Part shown: piece after piece, positions 11,672-21,435 of the stretch
How the letters are laid out: each line of letters starts with the position of its first letter
How positions within the stretch are numbered: the first letter of the stretch is position 1
Assembly: GCA_965248265.1 (NCBI GenBank)
Contig: CBDFJF010000001.1
Span: 832,001 to 896,000, forward strand
Source of the DNA: Candidatus Latescibacterota bacterium
Lineage (GTDB): Bacteria; Latescibacterota; UBA2968; UBA8231
Length of the DNA stretch: 64,000 nt
Reading direction: 5' to 3'
Made by a program: the position numbers and the translations under genes
The notes under the pieces: generated by a model
Database searches by the model: none
The model's input: only the letters and a program-made list of their open reading frames with translations
What the model was told of the DNA's origin: nothing

Positions 11672-12001
11672 ATGTTAGGCTGGATATTTGCATTCGCTAC
11701 CGTTGGTCTCCTCGGAATCCTGGTCAAGATCTGGCAGGATCACGTAAAAAACCAACAACAGTTGGTTGCGATTCGAGAGCTCGTGCGGCAGAAGACACAG
11801 GGCCACCTGGATGCAATCAAGTCCATCCATGATGAGATCGCCGAGCTCGAAGAGCAAATCGCCGTCTCGCGCGACGAACTGAGTGTTCTTGAGGAGAATG
11901 TCTTGCATAGTCGCGAACAGCTCGCTGACCTGGAAGAGCAACTGGAGCGTCGTCTGCCACGGCATCGAGTCGAACGGGATGACGAAGACGAGGGGACGTG
12001 A
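11672..12001 (+). CDS. Small membrane-anchored coiled-coil protein
   Basis: N-terminal TM helix followed by heptad-like E/L/Q-rich sequence. Confidence 0.6.
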   Translation: MLGWIFAFATVGLLGILVKIWQDHVKNQQQLVAIRELVRQKTQGHLDAIKSIHDEIAELEEQIAVSRDELSVLEENVLHSREQLADLEEQLERRLPRHRVERDDEDEGT

Positions 12002-12002
12002 T

Positions 12003-12305
12003 ATGACTGAGACGTGGGTGGTTGCGTGCGTGCTGGTGATGGTAGTCTGCGCACTCTCCAAGGGTTACACGACCAAGAAGACGACTGAGCGCAGGCGGGA
12101 GATTGCCCTATTGGAAGCGGAAGAGAGGCGCGCTCGTGAGGAGCGTGACAAGGCCTCCGTCGTCAAGGAGAGCTCAGAGGCGCGCAGAAACCAAACGCAA
12201 TATGAATGTAAAAGAAAGCAGACCGAACGGGAGGAGCTTCAAGCTAGAATCGAAGAGGTCCAGAGTCTCATTCAAAGGCCGGGGCAGCAAGACGACGAAG
12301 AGTAA
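12003..12305 (+). CDS. Small membrane-anchored coiled-coil protein
   Basis: ATG one base after the upstream stop, with GAGGGG RBS; hydrophobic N-terminus then a charged coiled coil. Confidence 0.55.
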   Translation: MTETWVVACVLVMVVCALSKGYTTKKTTERRREIALLEAEERRAREERDKASVVKESSEARRNQTQYECKRKQTEREELQARIEEVQSLIQRPGQQDDEE

Positions 12306-12387
12306 GTCCGCGATTGTCAAAGTTCGACCCACGGATTGGAAGTCTGATGAGCGCCAGGATGAGTGGAGACACATTGTCAACTGTGAC

Positions 12388-14157
12388 CTATCTCTGCCCG
12401 AGATCGCCTTGCCATAGCAGCTGCATCTCTTCGCACGTCTGCAAGAGGTCGTCCAGCTTGCCCTCGGCCTCTACCCGGCCTGCTTTGAGCACGATGATGT
12501 TGTCTGCGCACCTGTACGCAGCACGACGATGAGACACAACCAGCATAGTAGCATCCGGTAACGCGAAGACGCGCTCCCACAATGCCCGTTCTGTTTCCAC
12601 ATCCAGGGCACTGGAGAGATCGTCGAAAACCAACAGCTCGGGATCGCGGGCGAACATCCGGGCGGCAGCGGCGCGCTGGACCTGGCCGCCCGAGAGCTTG
12701 ACGCCGCGAGGACCGACTATCGTCTCCAGCCCGCTCTCCAATTCAGCGACGTCCTTCTCCATGACACCCGCATGGATTGCAGCTTCCAGCTTCTCGTCGT
12801 CCACCTTGAGGCCCATCAGGATGTTGCTGCGCAGCGTATCGCTGAAGAGCCACGGGGTCCGAGGCGTGTGGGCACAACGTGGCGGCACGAGAAAGGTTCG
12901 GAGGTCTGCCACCGTCTCTCCGTTCCATCGGACGTCACCCGAGTCCATGGGAAGCAGTCCCAGCAGGACCTCCAGCAGGGTAGTCTTGCCTGAGCCGATC
13001 CGTCCTGTGACGACCGTAAAGCTACCCCGTAGTAGGCTCAGACTAACGCTGTTGATGCCCTGGTCCGACTCTGGGTGAGTATAGCTCAGGCCCTCCACCA
13101 TAAGGCTCTCCAACCGGTGTTGTGGAGTCTTCGGGATAGAGGGCTCCTCCGGAATGGGGCCCCGCAGACGCATTTTCCCGCCTTGGGTCAATGCGTCCAT
13201 TGGTGAATTCGGAATCAGTTCGGATAATCGTTCTAATGAAACGCGGGCTCTTCGCAGAGCTGCGAGAAACGCACCGGCCCTCTGCAACGCCCAGTTCATC
13301 GATTCCGTGCCCACAATGCTGACGAACAATGCGAAATCGCCGACAGTGAAGGACCCGTTGCGCATTTGTCCCGCCGCGAGAAGAAGCACCACCCCCGTCA
13401 TTATCGTCACGAGCCCGCCGGTCAGTGCCCCCATTAATCCGTCGACAAGCCCCTCCTTCATGTCTGCGCTCCGCCGCCGGTTGCTGAGTTGGTCGAAGTG
13501 ATTCCGTGCTCGCTCTTCAGCTCCGGCGACCTGCAAGACCTGGACGGCACCCAGCAGCTCGCCCAGCGCCCCGGAAACTCTCCCGGTTGCCTCACGACTC
13601 CTTTGCCTGAACACATCGATACGGCGGCCAAGAACCTTCGTGATCAAGAAAACGGCGATGCTGGGAAGAAGAGCTACAACAGTGATCACGGAATCTATGG
13701 ATGCCATCACATAGACTCCGACGCCAAGGCTTACAGCAGACCCGATGAAGAGTGTGCCTAGAAATATCGGCTCAACAGTTTCTGTTGCGTCGTCCCTGAA
13801 GCGATTGAGCATCTCGCCAGCACTCGGTCCCGCGCGCTGGGGCCGATCTGACAGGATGGTATTGAGGAGGTTTCTTTGAAGTCGGGCGTGGAGCAGATTT
13901 TTCAAGAATTCATTGAGGTTCCAAAAGCCATTCTGGAACACGAGCAGAATAACCAGGTTCAACACGGCCATGAATGCGAGCAGCGTGTACACATCGAAAC
14001 CAACCTGGGCGTTGCCGGTAATCGTATCGAAGATCGCTTTGAGCAATAGTCCCGTGACGACCCCCGAGCTTTGATAGCCAACCGCGACCACGGTCACTCC
14101 GATATGACCGAATATATTTTGTCGGATCAGGTGCCACAGGCAGTGCCTGGTTTTCAT
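12388..14157 (-). CDS. ABC exporter subunit (fused TMD-NBD)
   Basis: Walker A GRIGSGKTT, signature LSGGQ, degenerate Walker B LVFDD, H-loop SHR; ATGA overlap with its partner. Confidence 0.92.
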   Translation of the reverse strand: MKTRHCLWHLIRQNIFGHIGVTVVAVGYQSSGVVTGLLLKAIFDTITGNAQVGFDVYTLLAFMAVLNLVILLVFQNGFWNLNEFLKNLLHARLQRNLLNTILSDRPQRAGPSAGEMLNRFRDDATETVEPIFLGTLFIGSAVSLGVGVYVMASIDSVITVVALLPSIAVFLITKVLGRRIDVFRQRSREATGRVSGALGELLGAVQVLQVAGAEERARNHFDQLSNRRRSADMKEGLVDGLMGALTGGLVTIMTGVVLLLAAGQMRNGSFTVGDFALFVSIVGTESMNWALQRAGAFLAALRRARVSLERLSELIPNSPMDALTQGGKMRLRGPIPEEPSIPKTPQHRLESLMVEGLSYTHPESDQGINSVSLSLLRGSFTVVTGRIGSGKTTLLEVLLGLLPMDSGDVRWNGETVADLRTFLVPPRCAHTPRTPWLFSDTLRSNILMGLKVDDEKLEAAIHAGVMEKDVAELESGLETIVGPRGVKLSGGQVQRAAAARMFARDPELLVFDDLSSALDVETERALWERVFALPDATMLVVSHRRAAYRCADNIIVLKAGRVEAEGKLDDLLQTCEEMQLLWQGDLGQR

Positions 14158-15920
14158 GCCTGTGCCTCCTCAAGCCCGGTCCTGAGAAGGCCGGCAAACC
14201 GTGAAGAGGGATCACTGGCGAGGGTGGAGCGCTCGCCATGCTCAAGTATCGCCCCATTCTCGATAACGACTATTTCGTCTACGCGCTGGACGGTCGCCAG
14301 GCGGTGGGCGATCACCAATCCCGTGCGGCCCTTCAGCAACCGGTTCACCGCTTGTTGTATGAGGGCTTCCGTAGCGGGGTCGAGGCGAGACGACGCTTCG
14401 TCCAGAATCACACAGTCAGGGTCTCGCAGAAAAACGCGGGCGAAGGCCAGAAGCTGGGACTCGCCTGCTGAAATCTGCTCACCGTCTGCGCTGAGCTCGG
14501 TGTCCAAGGCGTTGGGAAGGGTGTTGTACCAGTCGCTCAACCCCAAGGACTCAAGCGTGTCGACAATACTGCCGTCGCTGATGGCTGGGTCAAACAGCGT
14601 GAGGTTGTCACGAACCGTAGCCTGGAACAGCTGCACGTCCTGAGTGACCAAGCCCACTCGCGCCCTGAGGTCCTTGACTCGCAGGTGGCGGAGGTCCGCA
14701 TCTCCGAACCGGACTATGCCTTTGTCCGGATCATGAAATCGGAAGACTAACCGGGACATCGTAGTCTTGCCGCTTCCTGTGCGGCCAAGCAGACCAAGCG
14801 TCCTCCCCGCCTCAAGGCGAAAGGAAACGTCGCGAAGAACTCGGACACCCGGCTTGTATGAGAACGATACATCGCTGAACTCGAGTGACAATGGCCCCTG
14901 CGGCAGGCCTCCACCATCTCCGTCTGCAACCTTGGAAGTGGTATCCAGCAGTTCCTTGATTCTCAGGATGCTGGCGCTGGACCGCTGCAAGTCAGCAAAC
15001 TCTCTCATCAGGTGAATGATGGGGAGTCCTATCATTGTCAGATAGTGCAGAACCAGATAGACCGTGCCTATTGTGATATCGCCACGCTTGAACAAGTAGG
15101 CGCCGACGGCAAGCCCTGCGACCATCCTCATGCTGTTGATGGTATTGGAAAGGTTGAATGCGAAACCGCTGATGATCATGGCTCGCGTCTGAGAGACAAT
15201 CCGTGTGCGAGCCGCCTCGTAAAAACGGCGCATCGTGAACGGGAGTGCACCCGCTTTTTGAATATCCGCCACCCCAGATAGTTGCTCACCCAGAAAGCCG
15301 TACAGATCGGCTCGTGCCACACTCTCACTCTGCCAGAAAGGTGAAACGAACTTGGTGATCCGAGACTGCAGGACCAGGAAGAAGATGGCGAAGCCCAGAA
15401 TTGCCAGGCCGAATCGCCAGTCCTCTGCCCAGGAGACCACCACCAGCGCCGCGAGCAGCAAGAGAGCACCAACGATCTGGATGAAGAACTGGGAGAAAAA
15501 GTTTGCCAGTCTCTCGATATCACCGTCGATACGCTCCAGCAGCTCGCCCGGGGTATGCGCGCTGTGGAAACTCATGTCTAGTTTGAGCACGTGCAGTGTC
15601 AGATCGGACCGCAGCTGGTTCGTCGCCCTCCAAGCCAGGTCGCGGCCGAAGTAGATGACGAATGCGCTCAACACCCGGGAAGTTAGACCCGCGCACAAGA
15701 ATATCAGCGCAGCGAGGTAGAGTGACTCGAGAGCACCCTTTTCTTGTGCGGTGTCGATGAAATAACGAACGATCTGCGGGGTTGCGATTTGCAGCCCGGT
15801 GCCGGCAAACAGCAACGCGGCGAGAAGCATTACCAAGGCACGGTACGGCCGTAGGTACTTGCCCTGCAGAGCTGCGTAGAGCTTGAGTGACTTAAGCATT
15901 CGATCAGCCGTGAGACTCAT
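14154..15920 (-). CDS. ABC exporter subunit (fused TMD-NBD)
   Basis: Walker A GRTGSGKTT, degenerate signature ISAGESQ, Walker B ILDE, IAHRL. Confidence 0.92.
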   Translation of the reverse strand: MSLTADRMLKSLKLYAALQGKYLRPYRALVMLLAALLFAGTGLQIATPQIVRYFIDTAQEKGALESLYLAALIFLCAGLTSRVLSAFVIYFGRDLAWRATNQLRSDLTLHVLKLDMSFHSAHTPGELLERIDGDIERLANFFSQFFIQIVGALLLLAALVVVSWAEDWRFGLAILGFAIFFLVLQSRITKFVSPFWQSESVARADLYGFLGEQLSGVADIQKAGALPFTMRRFYEAARTRIVSQTRAMIISGFAFNLSNTINSMRMVAGLAVGAYLFKRGDITIGTVYLVLHYLTMIGLPIIHLMREFADLQRSSASILRIKELLDTTSKVADGDGGGLPQGPLSLEFSDVSFSYKPGVRVLRDVSFRLEAGRTLGLLGRTGSGKTTMSRLVFRFHDPDKGIVRFGDADLRHLRVKDLRARVGLVTQDVQLFQATVRDNLTLFDPAISDGSIVDTLESLGLSDWYNTLPNALDTELSADGEQISAGESQLLAFARVFLRDPDCVILDEASSRLDPATEALIQQAVNRLLKGRTGLVIAHRLATVQRVDEIVVIENGAILEHGERSTLASDPSSRFAGLLRTGLEEAQA

Positions 15921-15959
15921 GGTCTTTGATCACGACATCAGTGATCATAGGCAAACAGG

Positions 15960-16587
15960 TTCGGACGGCACTATAACAATGGCAAGGGTGGGATATGGGA
16001 TAACTTCCTCTGATGGCGTCTATCGCATGCGCCTGATGCCGGGCACGTACACTTTATCCCTCTGGTCTGCAGACAGCGGCGAATTTCGTCTCAAACCATC
16101 AGCGATGTTCAAGTTTTGGAAGATACGAACCTGGATATCACGCTGCAGGCTGGTGGCTTCGTCCTCTCTGGACGCGTCACTGATAAAGATGGGGCAAGTC
16201 ATGGCGGACAGGACAATAGTCGTCGCTCACAGACTGCCGACTAATTCTATGTCTGAGATCGATATCTCGGCCTACGACGAAAGCACAGGCAGCTTTTCTA
16301 CTAGCATCACCGATCCGGGCGGTACCTACTCGCTGGTGCTCCCGTTGGGGACCTACGATTTCACCCTTAACGACCACAGCCCGGCTCATTTTCCTCCTGT
16401 CGGTCCCCAATTCCCCGAACAGCACATTGCCAATGTTGTCGTCGAAAGGACCACGCCAGGCCGGGGCCTACACCCTGCACTGGGACGGCCGAAACGACCA
16501 AGGATACGAACTGGCCAGCAGCGTCTATCTGTATCGCCTGCAGGATGTAAGCAGGTGGAGACACGGAAGCTCCTCTTGCTGAGATAG
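15960..16587 (+). pseudogene. Collapsed remnant of a large secreted protein (carboxypeptidase-regulatory-like repeats plus FlgD tail)
   Basis: SSDGVYRMRLMPGTYTL and TDPGGTYSLVLPLGTYDF repeats, then in another frame AGAYTLHWDGRNDQGYELASSVYLYRL, frameshift, KQVETRKLLLLR*. Confidence 0.7.
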
Positions 16588-16801
16588 TAGCATGTGCCTG
16601 CAGAGACGGCTACGTTGACGCAGAGTGCCCGTCGTTGACAGAATCCGATGGACATCTCCTTGTGCCTGTTTTAGAAGGCATCGACTTTCTTGGTGAGGAG
16701 GCACACGATTGGAGGGCCCCTGTGAGTCGTAAGTTTGCTGACATTGCAACGCTGAAAGATTCAACGCGCATATCTCCAGTCCGTTTGCCAAGGGTGTTGC
16801 T

Positions 16802-17830
16802 GTGAAAGCAGCTGTTCGACAAGTGTACGGGCCTCCAGAAGTCTTGAAGCTCGAAGATGTTGCTACTCCGTCGCCATCGGATAGCGAGATCTTGATACGC
16901 GTCTGTGCCGCGTCGATCAACCTGGGTGACTGGGAGCTACTAACCGGACGTCCCCTTTTCATCAGCGTACTGGCTCACTTGTTTTCTCGTGAACAGCAGT
17001 ACAAATTCACGCCCACAAGCGTGACGGCGGAAAAGGGCGGCATCTTCCCACCCAAAGCCAAGATCCTAGGGACGGACATTGCAGGGCGTGTAGAAGCCGT
17101 GGGTAAGAGCGTCACTCAGTTTCAAGTGGACGACGAGGTCTTTGGGATGGCAGAGGGATTCGGTGCTTTTGCTGAATATGTGTGCGTCTCTGAGACGGCT
17201 CCGATGGTCAACAAACCCGCGAGTATGTCCTTTGAGCAAGCGGCGGCCCTACCGCAGGCAACACACATCGCCCTGCAAGCGATCCGTGACAAGGCGCAGG
17301 TTCAGCCCGACCAAACAGTTCTGATCAATGGTGCAGGTGGTGGTGCGGGAACTCTGGCCGTGCAGCTAGCCAAAATGTACGGCGCTGAAGTTGCCGGGGT
17401 TGACGGGCCTACGAAACTCGAGATGCTGAGATCAATTGGCGCGGATCACGTAATTGACTACACGCAGGTAGACTTCAATCGCAACGGGGAACGGTACGAC
17501 GTCATCCTCGACATGGCGGGGTACAGAAATGTATTTCGGTCTCGTCGGTCTTTGACTGCGTCCGGTATCTATCTTCTGGGTGGCGGGTCTGGTACGGCGA
17601 CCTGGCAGTCCGCGTTACTCGGGCCCGTAATCTCAACCTTGGGCAGCAGCAGGATAGCATTCCTTTTGGCCGAATCGCGGCGCGAAGACTTAGTTGATAT
17701 CGGAGAGCTGTTTGAAGAGGGTAAGGTGATACCGGTTGTCGATCGCTGTTACCCACCTTGTGATGCGGGAGAAGCTCTCCGGCGTGTGGGCGAAAAACAG
17801 GGAATTGGCAAAGTCATCATCGTCCCGTAG
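16802..17830 (+). CDS. NAD(P)-dependent MDR-family oxidoreductase (quinone reductase-like alcohol dehydrogenase)
   Basis: YGPPEVLKLEDV, ILGTDIAGRVEAVG, VLINGAGGGAG, GADHVIDY, GKVII. Confidence 0.9.
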   Translation: MKAAVRQVYGPPEVLKLEDVATPSPSDSEILIRVCAASINLGDWELLTGRPLFISVLAHLFSREQQYKFTPTSVTAEKGGIFPPKAKILGTDIAGRVEAVGKSVTQFQVDDEVFGMAEGFGAFAEYVCVSETAPMVNKPASMSFEQAAALPQATHIALQAIRDKAQVQPDQTVLINGAGGGAGTLAVQLAKMYGAEVAGVDGPTKLEMLRSIGADHVIDYTQVDFNRNGERYDVILDMAGYRNVFRSRRSLTASGIYLLGGGSGTATWQSALLGPVISTLGSSRIAFLLAESRREDLVDIGELFEEGKVIPVVDRCYPPCDAGEALRRVGEKQGIGKVIIVP

Positions 17831-17892
17831 CGATGCTGACCGATTCTGATCGAAAGCAGACATTGGACGGCCGCTTAACTATGAGATATAAA

Positions 17893-18040
17893 CTGGCCCC
17901 CTTCCATTCGCGTCGCGCTCGTGGTGGGGAAGGGTACGCAGGAGGATCAAAGATTCCTTGAGACAGTTGCGATCAACAGAGGAATCCCAATGAAGAACTT
18001 CACGGAGGAAGACAAGGCAATAGAATGGCTCAGCAGGTAA
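17893..18040 (+). pseudogene. STAS/SEC14 (SpoIIAA-like) cassette gene, 3' remnant
   Basis: RVALVV..QRFLETVAINRGIPMKNFTEEDKAIEWLSR*; the stop TAA forms part of the following attC inverse core. Confidence 0.65.
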
Positions 18041-18153
18041 CAGGCAGTTTGTGCTTCAGTCGCCTCGCTCCTTCCGGCCTGACGGCAACCCCGGCTCCAC
18101 CGTCCATCCCAACCCCACTCACGCCGAGTTCACAAACTGCCGAGACGTTAAAG
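18035..18153 (+). repeat. attC recombination site
   Basis: ..GGTAAC-AGGCAGTTTGTG ... CACAAACTGCC-GAGAC-GTTAAAG; 11-bp perfect inverted repeat just inside the core boxes; both cores slightly non-consensus. Confidence 0.7.
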
Positions 18154-18218
18154 AAATTAAAAAGAACGAGTCGGAAGTTGCTGCGAGGACAGTGGGTCGA
18201 CCACGATCATGAGTCTTT

Positions 18219-18422
18219 TCAGATGCCTTGGTTCGTAGGGATAAACACATCTTCGATGTGTAACTCAAATGCCCCGGCGATCTTGAATGCCAACGGCAGA
18301 CTTGGGTCATACTTGCCGTTTTCAATAGAGTTGATCGTCTGTCGTGAGACATGCACAAGAGCGGCAAACTCTGCTTGCGAGAGATTTCTGCTTTTTCTCA
18401 GACTCCGGATTTCGTTTTTCAA
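18219..18422 (-). CDS. XRE-family HTH regulator
   Basis: TTG start with GGAGGT RBS; KNEIRSLR..LSQAEFAALVHVSRQTINSIENGKYDPSLPLAFKIA. Confidence 0.92.
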   Translation of the reverse strand: MKNEIRSLRKSRNLSQAEFAALVHVSRQTINSIENGKYDPSLPLAFKIAGAFELHIEDVFIPTNQGI

Positions 18423-18799
18423 CGATACCTCCACTGAATAATCCTTAAGGAGATACCCCAAGTCCCAATCATGAAAGGGAAAACCCAAATAAGCGAAATA
18501 CGGCTAAGGCCAGCATGCTCTTCGAGAATACCGTACAGCATGGAGACCAAACCCGTGACGACAATGGCTATGCCAAAGCTCAGATGTGTGATCCGTTGCT
18601 GCAGCTCGTCCATTCGACTCAGCTCTCGTATGAAGGCAATGGTAGCGAGAACGATTGGCACGCCGGACGAAAGTAGGACAGGTATCAACCATGAGGAGTC
18701 GGGATAAGCAAAGCGAAATTTGACGGAACCGAAAATGGTCAGGCCGTAGAGGAGCATCGAGCCCCCGAACTCGAAAAAGTATCTTCTTGAGTTGAACAT
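18419..18799 (-). CDS. Small 4-TM membrane protein coupled to the XRE regulator
   Basis: Hydrophobic helices with RMDELQQRI motif; stop overlaps the XRE start. Confidence 0.8.
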   Translation of the reverse strand: MFNSRRYFFEFGGSMLLYGLTIFGSVKFRFAYPDSSWLIPVLLSSGVPIVLATIAFIRELSRMDELQQRITHLSFGIAIVVTGLVSMLYGILEEHAGLSRISLIWVFPFMIGTWGISLRIIQWRYR

Positions 18800-18822
18800 A
18801 CCCTGTGTCTCCTGTCAGAAAA

Positions 18823-18886
18823 TGTAAAGGTTCCTTGACATATAGAATGAGCGCTTTAGCATCTGGTTTGTCAAGGAAGTTTGACA
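18823..18886. promoter_or_regulatory. Two palindromic operators, probably bound by the XRE regulator
   Basis: TGTAAAG-gttc-CTTGACA (18823-18840) and TGTCAAG-gaag-TTTGACA (18869-18886) upstream of the operon. Confidence 0.65.
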
Positions 18887-18917
18887 TTCAAACTGAGGCA
18901 GGCACTAACGAAACTTC

Positions 18918-18970
18918 GTTTAACAGCATGGTTCACGCTGCGGCGCTACCGCGCCTGGGCTTACGGCGAT
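18918..18970 (+). repeat. Left half of an attC site
   Basis: GTTTAAC-AGCATGGTTCACGCTGCGGCGCTACCGCGCCTGGGC resembles the 10843 site. AACTTCGTTTAAC nearly complements GTTAAAGAAATT at 18147. Right arm missing. Confidence 0.6.
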
Positions 18971-19001
18971 CCAACTGCCCCATTGGGCAAGTCCCCGACT
19001 T

Positions 19002-20369
19002 TCAACGCCTCGTCCAACCGACCTCGCCGCCGGTCGCAGGTAAGCCAGTCGCGTTCTTGGCTGCGGTGATTTCCGCCATGCCGTACAGGTCGCCGCTGCG
19101 TTCGAGGAGCACACCCGCCGAGCCATCCGGAAACCTGAAGAACCGAGGTTCTGGTCTGCCCACCACCAGCTCTGTGAGACTCGTCGGTTGCAGGGCGTCG
19201 TCCAGGAGATTGACCCGGAGCACGTCCGGGGGAATGCCAGCCGTTGTGTCCCTAACCGTGTAGACGGTGCCGGAGATCAGATCGCCGAAGAGGATATCGA
19301 TCGACCTGAAGGACACGGAGCTGCCAACCGGCCCCGTAGCAGCTACATAAGCTTGAGTCTCGCGTCCCCACTGCGCGAGCGGTTGAATGAACCCCGCTTC
19401 GCCGACGGGAGCCTCATCCACCGCATTGCCGCTCGAATCGATATAGAACATCCCCTCCCTGACCCGTCCGTCCGCAGCATTCCGACCCCAGCCGAAATTC
19501 TCGATCGTAGCGGTATCCAACAGATCAGACAGCAGGACTCGGTTCAACTCTTCGGCAATGTCCTTGCCAATGTCTACGAACTCTACATACGAATTCCCAT
19601 CCCGCTGAGAGACTTCAAGCCTCTGCACGTTTCGTATACCCTTGGCCAGAATGGTCCAGTCTCCGGTTTGAGAGTCAATCCGAACGATCTTGCCCAGATG
19701 TGAGATATCGTCCTGGGGGAACGTGCGCCCGTCCTCGAAAGGGGCAGCGTTGTCGCCAACGGCCAGCAGGATCGAACCATCGTCCAGTACGACAAGTCCC
19801 CCACTCTTGTGACCGTTGGGATTGAGTTCAAAAGCTCGAATGGGCCGCGGATCGGAAAGGCTCGTGCCATCAAAGTCGTAGCTGTAAATGACCTGGTAGG
19901 CGGAGCCATCGGCTCTTGGCGAAACGGCCACCGGTATCCCCCCGGGTGTCGTGGAAGAGATAAAGACCACATAAAGGAGGTCACCCGCATGATTCGGGGC
20001 AGCATTGAGAATCCGCTCAGTGGCCAGCGACGGTTCCGCAGGTGCATCTTCGGGGGTCAGCAGCGTGTAGATGGCACCGTTCACATCCCGCCGATAAAGG
20101 AAACCCTCCTGGTCGATCAGGATCAGGTCACCGCCGACCGCAACCGGCGACGTGGCGTTGGTTCTCTTCCCCCAGGCACTGCTCGCGGGCATGGTGCCCG
20201 AGTATGTCAGGCGGATGTAGATGTCTGAATCATCGACGGCCGCCGGTATCAAGGGGGCAGGCGGCCGATCAGCCCTTACCAGACCACCCGACTTTTCCCC
20301 GGTGCCACAATTCGGAAGGCCTGCGAGTAGTGCAATGACGGAGACAAGGCCTAATAGGCGTGTTCTCAT
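19002..20369 (-). CDS. PQQ-dependent glucose/sorbosone dehydrogenase-family beta-propeller protein
   Basis: HKSGGLV..GSILLAVGD, HLGKIVRID, AKGIRNVQR, DIGKDIAEELN, NFGWG; signal peptide. Confidence 0.7.
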   Translation of the reverse strand: MRTRLLGLVSVIALLAGLPNCGTGEKSGGLVRADRPPAPLIPAAVDDSDIYIRLTYSGTMPASSAWGKRTNATSPVAVGGDLILIDQEGFLYRRDVNGAIYTLLTPEDAPAEPSLATERILNAAPNHAGDLLYVVFISSTTPGGIPVAVSPRADGSAYQVIYSYDFDGTSLSDPRPIRAFELNPNGHKSGGLVVLDDGSILLAVGDNAAPFEDGRTFPQDDISHLGKIVRIDSQTGDWTILAKGIRNVQRLEVSQRDGNSYVEFVDIGKDIAEELNRVLLSDLLDTATIENFGWGRNAADGRVREGMFYIDSSGNAVDEAPVGEAGFIQPLAQWGRETQAYVAATGPVGSSVSFRSIDILFGDLISGTVYTVRDTTAGIPPDVLRVNLLDDALQPTSLTELVVGRPEPRFFRFPDGSAGVLLERSGDLYGMAEITAAKNATGLPATGGEVGWTRR

Positions 20370-21299
20370 GATTGAACTATGTACCAATGAGAAGGACTCG
20401 TCGCTTCGTATACCCACGTTGTCCTGATCTGATCGACACCATTACTCCCCAATCACAGCTATTGGCTCTTGCCCCACGCCCCGTCTCGCGTCCTTGAGCA
20501 AAACAGACTTTCTGTGCAAACCTGATTTTAGCACGCATTGCATTACCCAGGCTCAATCCTTGCCCGTAAATGTACGGATATCCCTATCCCCTTGAACTGG
20601 ATATATTGCTTCCGGGCTCGATGTGGCAGCATACGACGTGGCACTATGAAAGTATTAGGTTGGACGCTTGCATAGTCGGCGGTAGATAAGCACAGCACTC
20701 CTTCGCCACGCCTTGACGCTCTACCACCACGGACTAACTCGTCACTATGGCTGGCTGCGTACCCAAACTCACCGTAATACCCGACCCACCCGTCGAACTC
20801 TGGCTCCATCACGAGGACGGCAGCTGGACCCAGTTCGATCTGTTGGGCAGGCCGCAGTAGTACTTCGAGCCATGTTCGGACGATGGCGTGTTGGGGTGGG
20901 CCTTGAGTCATGCGAAGGGGTCAGTCACCTCCTTAGGTTTCGGTAGCAGCAACGCCATTTCGTCCGCGCAGATGACGCCGATTTCGAAGCCAGCACGCCG
21001 CCGGGCAGCTCACCGGGGTCGTGGGTCCGCCAGTGCTGCAGACCGGGGAGCAGCTCATCCATAGCCGTCTTGTTGCGTGCGACACTCACGTGTGCGAAAC
21101 CTACAAAATCCAGGGGCCGAACAACAAACCGCCGGGGCACGTAGACACCACCGACAAAGCTTGAGCCCACTTTCGGCCCTCCTTGGCTTCCTGATAGTCA
21201 ATGGCCGCTAATGATGAGGATATCCGAAGTACGAGCCCGATTGGCCGCGCTGTTTTCCGCGAGCGCTGTCCCCTACCTGTGCGCCGGAGCCCTGAGCGT

Positions 21300-21420
21300 G
21301 GGCTTTGAGAAGGGTGAAGAGAATTTTATCTTCACGCAGGAAGTGATGGGCGTCGCGAAGGCGTGTATCAAGGCGGAGGAGTCGGCGAGTAGAGGCGGAG
21401 AGTTTCTGAGAATCGAATAG
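21300..21420 (+). pseudogene. Gfo/Idh/MocA oxidoreductase C-terminal remnant
   Basis: GEENFIFTQEVMGVAKACIKAEESASRGGEFLRIE* ends 15 nt before the next gene. Confidence 0.4.
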
Positions 21421-21435
21421 AAAGGGCGCTGCATT

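Noticed and set aside
20430-21200. Short ORFs 20543-20911 and 20925-21170
   Set aside because: No recognisable motifs; probably unresolved gene scraps, so they were not annotated.
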